64,000 bases of DNA from an uncultured Actinomycetes bacterium (GTDB lineage Bacteria > Actinomycetota > Thermoleophilia > UBA2241). The notes under the pieces were generated by a model that did no database searches, had not been told where the DNA came from, and saw nothing but the letters and a program-made list of their open reading frames with translations. Shown piece by piece: positions 58,874-64,000 of this stretch; position 1 is the stretch's first letter, and each line of letters opens with the position of its first letter. A program made the position numbers and the translations under genes. Location: positions 103,199 through 167,198 of the forward strand of contig CAWAPD010000006.1 in NCBI GenBank assembly GCA_963783865.1, in the 5' to 3' direction.

Positions 58874-60712
58874 ATGCGCGCGCGCCGCATCAGGATCACC
58901 GACACCACCCTGCGCGACGCCCACCAGTCGCTGTGGGCCACGCGCATGCGCACGGCCGACATGACGCCGATCCTCGAGCAGATGGACGAGGCCGGGTTCC
59001 ACTCGCTCGAGTGCTGGGGCGGCGCCACCTTCGACGCCTGCCTCCGGTTCCTCGACGAGGATCCCTGGGAGCGGCTGCGGACGATCAAGACGCACGTGCA
59101 TCGCACGCCCCTGCAGATGCTGCTGCGCGGCCAGAACCTGGTCGGGTACCGCCACTACGGCGACGACATCGTGCGCCGCTTCGTGTACAAGGCGGCCGAG
59201 AGCGGGATCGACATCTTCCGCGTGTTCGACGCGCTCAACGACACGCGCAACTTCGAGACGGCGGCGGCGGCGATCAAGGAGACCGGCGCCCACTTCCAGG
59301 CGGCGGTCGTCTACACGATCTCGCCCGTGCATTCGCTCGACCACTACATGGACGTCGCCCGCCGCCTGCTCGACATGGGCGCCGACTCGATCTGCATCAA
59401 GGACATGGCGGCGCTGCTGTCGCCCTTCTACGCCGAGCAGCTGATCACGCGGCTGAAGGCCGAGTTCGACGTGCCGGTGCAGCTGCACTGCCATTACATC
59501 GGCGGCCTGGCGCCCATGACCTACCTGAAGGCGATCGAGGCCGGCGTCGACGTGATCGACACGGCGACCGTGCCGATGGCCTTCGGCAACTCGCAGCCGG
59601 CGACCGAGATGGTGGTCACGGCGCTGATCGGCACGCCGTACGACTCCGAGCTCGACCTCGAGAAGCTGTTCGCGATCGCCAAGTACTTCGAGGGCGTGCG
59701 GCTGGCGGGGCGGCACGACCGGGGCGTCACCTCGCTCACCCATATGCAGGTCTACTCGCACCAGGTCCCGGGCGGCATGATCAGCAACCTCGAGAGCCAG
59801 CTCAAGGAGCAGAACGCTCTCGACCGCCTGCCCGAGGTCCTCGAGGAGATCCCGATCGTGCGGGCCGAGGTCGGGTTCCCGCCGCTGGTGACGCCGATGT
59901 CGCAGATCGTCGGCACCCAGGCGGTGCTGAACGTCCTCTCCGGCCGCCGCTGGCACATCGTGCCCGACGAGATGAAGGCGTACCTGCGCGGCAAGTACGG
60001 CGCCGCGCCGGGCCCCGTCTCGCCGGAGATCGTCGAGCTGGTGCTCGACGGCGAGCAGCCGATGCACGAGCGGCCGGCCGAGAAGCTCACCGAGACGCTC
60101 GACGACTTCCGCGGCGACATCGGCGACCTGGCGCGCAACGACGAGGACGTGCTGTCGTACGCGCTCTTCCCGCAGACGGCGCGCGCCTACCTCGAGCGCC
60201 ACCACATCGGGCCCGAGCGCGACGTGTTCGGCACGCAGACGCCGCACTACCTCACCTCGCAGGCGCAGCCGGTCATGGACGAGGCCAGCGCCGACCGTCT
60301 CAGGGACATCCTGGAGCTGGTCGAGACGAGCGACGTGCAGGAGCTGGTGATCGAGGAGGGCGACCTCAAGATCTCGATGCGCAAGTCGGGAGCGGAGGCG
60401 GCAGGGGCGGCGGGCGGCTCCGCCTCGGCGGAGCCGCCCGCCGCCCCGTCGACCCCCGTCGTCAGCGACGGCTACCATGTGGTCCGGGCGCCGATGGTCG
60501 GCACCTTCTTCGCGTCGCCATCGCCTACCGAGGCGCCGTTCGTCGGCGTCGGCGACGAGGTGACCATCGGGCAGACCCTGTGCATCCTCGAGGCGATGAA
60601 GCTCATGAACGAGCTCGGCTCCGACGTCGAAGGGATCGTGCGCCAGGTCCTGGTCGAGAACGGCGCCGCCGTCGAGTACGGTCAGGAGCTGTTCGCGATC
60701 GAGAAGCTCTGA
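58874..60712 (+). CDS. Pyruvate carboxylase subunit B / OadA-like carboxyltransferase fused to an AccB-type biotin carrier
   Basis: LRDAHQSL, WGGATFD, IKDMA, PGGMISN, PLVTP; C-terminal APMVGTFF..EAMKLMNE. Confidence 0.9.
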   Translation: MRARRIRITDTTLRDAHQSLWATRMRTADMTPILEQMDEAGFHSLECWGGATFDACLRFLDEDPWERLRTIKTHVHRTPLQMLLRGQNLVGYRHYGDDIVRRFVYKAAESGIDIFRVFDALNDTRNFETAAAAIKETGAHFQAAVVYTISPVHSLDHYMDVARRLLDMGADSICIKDMAALLSPFYAEQLITRLKAEFDVPVQLHCHYIGGLAPMTYLKAIEAGVDVIDTATVPMAFGNSQPATEMVVTALIGTPYDSELDLEKLFAIAKYFEGVRLAGRHDRGVTSLTHMQVYSHQVPGGMISNLESQLKEQNALDRLPEVLEEIPIVRAEVGFPPLVTPMSQIVGTQAVLNVLSGRRWHIVPDEMKAYLRGKYGAAPGPVSPEIVELVLDGEQPMHERPAEKLTETLDDFRGDIGDLARNDEDVLSYALFPQTARAYLERHHIGPERDVFGTQTPHYLTSQAQPVMDEASADRLRDILELVETSDVQELVIEEGDLKISMRKSGAEAAGAAGGSASAEPPAAPSTPVVSDGYHVVRAPMVGTFFASPSPTEAPFVGVGDEVTIGQTLCILEAMKLMNELGSDVEGIVRQVLVENGAAVEYGQELFAIEKL

Positions 60713-60722
60713 CGCGGCGGCC

Positions 60723-61193
60723 GTGACCGGCGCCCGGCGAGCCAGCCGCAAGCAGGCGCGACGCGACGCGGCGTTCGTCCTCTACCAGCGCGAGCTCACC
60801 GGCTCCCCGGTCGAATCGCTGCTCGCCGACCGGGCGCACAGCGAAGGCTACGTCGCCGACGAGTTCACGGAGCGCACGGTGCAGGGGGTTCTGGCCTCAC
60901 AGGCGCGCCTCGACGCCGAGCTCGGCGCCCACTCGACCGAGTGGCCGCTCTCGCGCATCGCTCCGCTCGAACGCAGTATCCTGCGCCTGGCGCTCTACGA
61001 GATCGACAGCGGCGAGACGCCGCCGGAGGTCGCGATCGACGAGGCCGTGCGGCTGGCGAAGCGATACTCGACCAACGAGGCGGGGAGCCTGGTCAACGGC
61101 ATCCTCGGCGCGATCGCGCGCGATCGCGCCGACGCGGCCGGCGACGCGACCGGCGAGGAGATCGGCGAGGAGACGGGGGAGGAGACCGCATGA
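60723..61193 (+). CDS. nusB: Transcription antitermination factor NusB
   Basis: RKQARR, ILRLALYE, IDEAVRLAKRYS, VNGILG. Confidence 0.93.
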   Translation: MTGARRASRKQARRDAAFVLYQRELTGSPVESLLADRAHSEGYVADEFTERTVQGVLASQARLDAELGAHSTEWPLSRIAPLERSILRLALYEIDSGETPPEVAIDEAVRLAKRYSTNEAGSLVNGILGAIARDRADAAGDATGEEIGEETGEETA

Positions 61194-61375
61194 GTCCGCA
61201 GGAACGTGACGCGGCGCTGGCCCGTGTACGCGAGATCGCGGGGCAGCTCCGTGACCTGGAGGGGCGCGCCGCCGAGGTGAGCTCGCCCGAGATCGCCATG
61301 AGCCTGTTCGAGCGCGCCGCCGAGCTCGCCGACGAGGCGGCGCGCCTGCTCGAAGAGGCAGGCAGGGAGCCGTGA
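61190..61375 (+). CDS. Small helical protein, XseB-like
   Basis: 61 aa; EIAGQL..LE..AMSLFERAAELA..A..LLEEA; directly before ispA. Confidence 0.55.
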   Translation: MSPQERDAALARVREIAGQLRDLEGRAAEVSSPEIAMSLFERAAELADEAARLLEEAGREP

Positions 61376-62289
61376 CCACCGGCGCCTCGGGAGGCGGAGA
61401 AGGCGCGGCCCCGGCGCCGGACCGGGGCTACCCCGAGCACCTGCGGGCGCTGGTCGAGGGCTACCTCGACTCGCTCGACTTCGGGGCCGCGCCTCCTGCC
61501 GCCAGGCTCACCGAGGCGATGCGCTACTCGCTGCTGGCCGGCGGCAAGCGCATCCGCCCGGTGCTGGCGCTGGCCGTGGCCGAGCGTCTCGGGCGGCCGC
61601 CGGCCGAGATCCTGCCGTACGCGGCCGCCCTCGAGCTCGTGCACACCTATTCGCTCATCCACGACGACCTGCCGGCCATGGACGACGACGTGCTGCGCCG
61701 CGGCAAGCCGACCTGCCATGTGGTGTTCGGCGAGGACATCGCCATCCTCGCCGGCGACGGCCTGTTCGCCGAGGCCTACCGGCTCGTGCTCGAGCGCCAG
61801 GCGGGCACGCCCGAGGCCCGGCTCGGGGCCCTGAGCGAGATGGCGCGGGCCGCCGGCGTACCCGGCATGGTCGGCGGGCAGTACATGGACGTGGCGGGGG
61901 TCGCCGAGACGGACGACGTCCTGCGCCTGCTCCACGAATTGAAGACCGGGGCCCTCATCGAGGCCTCGGTGGTGGGCGCGGCCGTCCTCTGCGGCGTCGA
62001 GGGGGGCGACGGCCTGCAGCCGTATCGCGACTTCGCCCGCGAGCTCGGGCTGCTGTTCCAGATCGTCGACGACATCCTCGACGTCGAGGGCGAGGCCGAC
62101 GACCTGGGCAAGAGCGCCGGCAAGGACGCCCTCGCCGACAAGACCACCTACGTGTCGCGGTTCGGGCTCGATGGGGCGCGGGCGCTCGCTCGCGAGAGCC
62201 ACGCCCGCGCCCTCGCCCTGCTCGCGGCGCTCGGCGGCGACGGCAGCCTGCGCGCCGTCACCGACCACATCTTCAGCCGCCGCTCGTAG
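61372..62289 (+). CDS. ispA: Polyprenyl (farnesyl) diphosphate synthase
   Basis: GGKRIRP, SLIHDDLPAMDDD..RRG, KTGAL, FQIVDDILD. Confidence 0.93.
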   Translation: MTTGASGGGEGAAPAPDRGYPEHLRALVEGYLDSLDFGAAPPAARLTEAMRYSLLAGGKRIRPVLALAVAERLGRPPAEILPYAAALELVHTYSLIHDDLPAMDDDVLRRGKPTCHVVFGEDIAILAGDGLFAEAYRLVLERQAGTPEARLGALSEMARAAGVPGMVGGQYMDVAGVAETDDVLRLLHELKTGALIEASVVGAAVLCGVEGGDGLQPYRDFARELGLLFQIVDDILDVEGEADDLGKSAGKDALADKTTYVSRFGLDGARALARESHARALALLAALGGDGSLRAVTDHIFSRRS

Positions 62290-62342
62290 AACGCCACCGC
62301 CGGCCAGGGGGTGGGGGGCGCGGTGTATACTCCGTATCCACG

Positions 62343-64000
62343 ATGAGTCGCCTGAGCCGCATCACGGGACCCCGTGACCTCCACGACCTCTCCGTCGCCG
62401 AGCTGCAGGACGTCGCCGACGAGATCAGGCAGCTGATCCTGTCGTGCGTGAGCGAGACCGGCGGGCACCTGGCCGCCAGCCTCGGCGCCGTCGAGCTCAC
62501 GGTGGCTCTCCACAGCGTGCTCGACAGCCCGCGCGACAAGATCGTCTGGGACGTGGGCCACCAGTCCTACGCCCACAAGATCATCTGCGGCCGGGCCGGG
62601 TGCTTCTCGACCATCCGCCAGCCCGGCGGGCTCTCCGGGTTCCCGTCGCGCTGCGAGTCGGAGCACGACATCGTCGGCACCGGCCACGCCTCGACGTCGG
62701 TGAGCTACGCGCTCGGCCTGGCCGAGGCGGCGCAGCTCGCCGGGCGCAAGGAGGGACACGTCGTCTGCGTGTTGGGCGACGGCGCCTTCAGCGGCGGCGT
62801 CGCCTTCGAAGGGCTGAACCAGGCCGGCCACCTGCGCACGCCGCTGGTCGTCGTGCTGAACGACAACCAGATGTCGATCAAGCCCAACGTCGGCGCCATG
62901 CAGCTGTACTTGAACCGCGTGCGCCTCGACCCGGGTCTGACGCGGCTGCGCGAGGACATGGAGCGCACCATCGCTCGCATCCCCGCCGTCGGCGCCCGGG
63001 CCTACAACCTGGGCAAGGACGTCAAAGAGAGCATGAAGGCCTTCCTCGGGCCGGGGCTGCTCTTCGAGGAGCTCGGCTTTGCCTACATCGGCGTCGTCGA
63101 CGGCCACGACCTCGGGGCGCTGCGCGCGAGCATCCGCCAGGCGATCGAGACCGAACGTCCTGTGGTGGTGCACGTGCGCACCATCAAGGGGAAGGGGTTC
63201 GAGCCGGCCGAGGAGAAGCCGGCCGAGTACCACGGCATCGGGCCGTTCCGGCTGTCCGACGGCGAGCGCCGGTCGCAGCCCGAGGGCACGACCTACACGC
63301 AGGCCTTCGGCGACGCGATCGTCAAGGAGGGGCGCCTCGACCCGCGCGTCGTGGCGATCACGGCGGCCATGACGCAGGGGACCGGGCTCGACCCCTTCGA
63401 GCAGGAGTTCCCCGAGCGGCTGTTCGACGTCGGCATCGCCGAGGAGCACGCCGTGGTGTTCGCGGCCGGCCTGGCGCTGGCCGGGTTCCGGCCCGTCGTC
63501 GCCGTCTACTCGACGTTCCTGCAGCGGGCCTTCGACATGCTCGTGCAGGACGTCGGCCTGCAGAACATCCCGGTCACCTTCGCGCTCGACCGCGCCGGCC
63601 TCGTCGGCGACGACGGGCCGACCCACCACGGCGCCTTCGACCTCTCGTACCTGCGTGTCGTGCCCGGCCTGGTGATCATGGCGCCGTCCAGCCACGAGCA
63701 GCTGCAGCACATGCTGCACACCGCGCTGCGCCACGACGGCCCGGTGGCGATCAGGTACCCGCGCGGCCTGGCGGCGCCGTTCGTGCCGCCTGCGGAGCTG
63801 CGCGAGCTCGAGATCGGCAGGGGAGAGGTGTTGCGCGAAGGGCGCGAGGTCGCGCTCGTCGGCGTCGGCACCGGCGTCGGCCTCGCGCTGGCGGCGGCCG
63901 ACCGGCTGGTCCAGGACGGCGTGCACCCGACCCTGGTCGACGCCCGGTTCGTGAAGCCCTTGGACACCGCGCTCCTGGACGAGCTGGCGCGTACGCACGC
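62343..64000 (+). CDS. dxs: 1-deoxy-D-xylulose-5-phosphate synthase (3' partial)
   Basis: Translated by hand from ATG 62343: GGHLAASLGAVEL, WDVGHQSYAHK, GDGA..N, DVGIAEEH, DRAGLVGDDGPTHHG, RYPRG. Confidence 0.95.
   Translation, partial: MSRLSRITGPRDLHDLSVAELQDVADEIRQLILSCVSETGGHLAASLGAVELTVALHSVLDSPRDKIVWDVGHQSYAHKIICGRAGCFSTIRQPGGLSGFPSRCESEHDIVGTGHASTSVSYALGLAEAAQLAGRKEGHVVCVLGDGAFSGGVAFEGLNQAGHLRTPLVVVLNDNQMSIKPNVGAMQLYLNRVRLDPGLTRLREDMERTIARIPAVGARAYNLGKDVKESMKAFLGPGLLFEELGFAYIGVVDGHDLGALRASIRQAIETERPVVVHVRTIKGKGFEPAEEKPAEYHGIGPFRLSDGERRSQPEGTTYTQAFGDAIVKEGRLDPRVVAITAAMTQGTGLDPFEQEFPERLFDVGIAEEHAVVFAAGLALAGFRPVVAVYSTFLQRAFDMLVQDVGLQNIPVTFALDRAGLVGDDGPTHHGAFDLSYLRVVPGLVIMAPSSHEQLQHMLHTALRHDGPVAIRYPRGLAAPFVPPAELRELEIGRGEVLREGREVALVGVGTGVGLALAAADRLVQDGVHPTLVDARFVKPLDTALLDELARTH

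Overview
High-GC chromosomal segment with every real gene on the + strand. The gene content (whiA, gpmI, monoderm type IVa pilus, Bacillota-like gene order) suggests a deep-branching actinobacterium such as Thermoleophilia; this is an inference. Housekeeping blocks: ogt-rapZ-yvcK-whiA, gap-pgk-tpiA-gpmI-secG, an Opp/Dpp peptide ABC operon, recJ-relA-hisS-aspS-6S RNA, Rrf2-iscS-iscU-mnmA, a SigB-like module, alaS-ruvX-mltG-aroE, aroCKBQ-pepP-efp-pycB-nusB-ispA-dxs. A ~17 kb type IV pilus locus (36.7-53.8 kb) lies between aroE and aroC. Most notable: (1) mnmA has no usable start codon and joins iscU at an A7 slippery heptamer followed by a stem-loop, suggesting a recoded IscU-MnmA fusion. (2) The pilus locus appears to have several layers of c-di-GMP and alternative-sigma control: an exact 706-bp duplication of c-di-GMP-I riboswitch + pilin + terminator, sigma28/WhiG-like promoters (one inside aroE), a MshEN-type PilB and its own group-3 sigma factor. 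(3) A compact canonical 6S RNA with two candidate promoters. No CRISPR array, tRNA, rRNA or transposase was seen.
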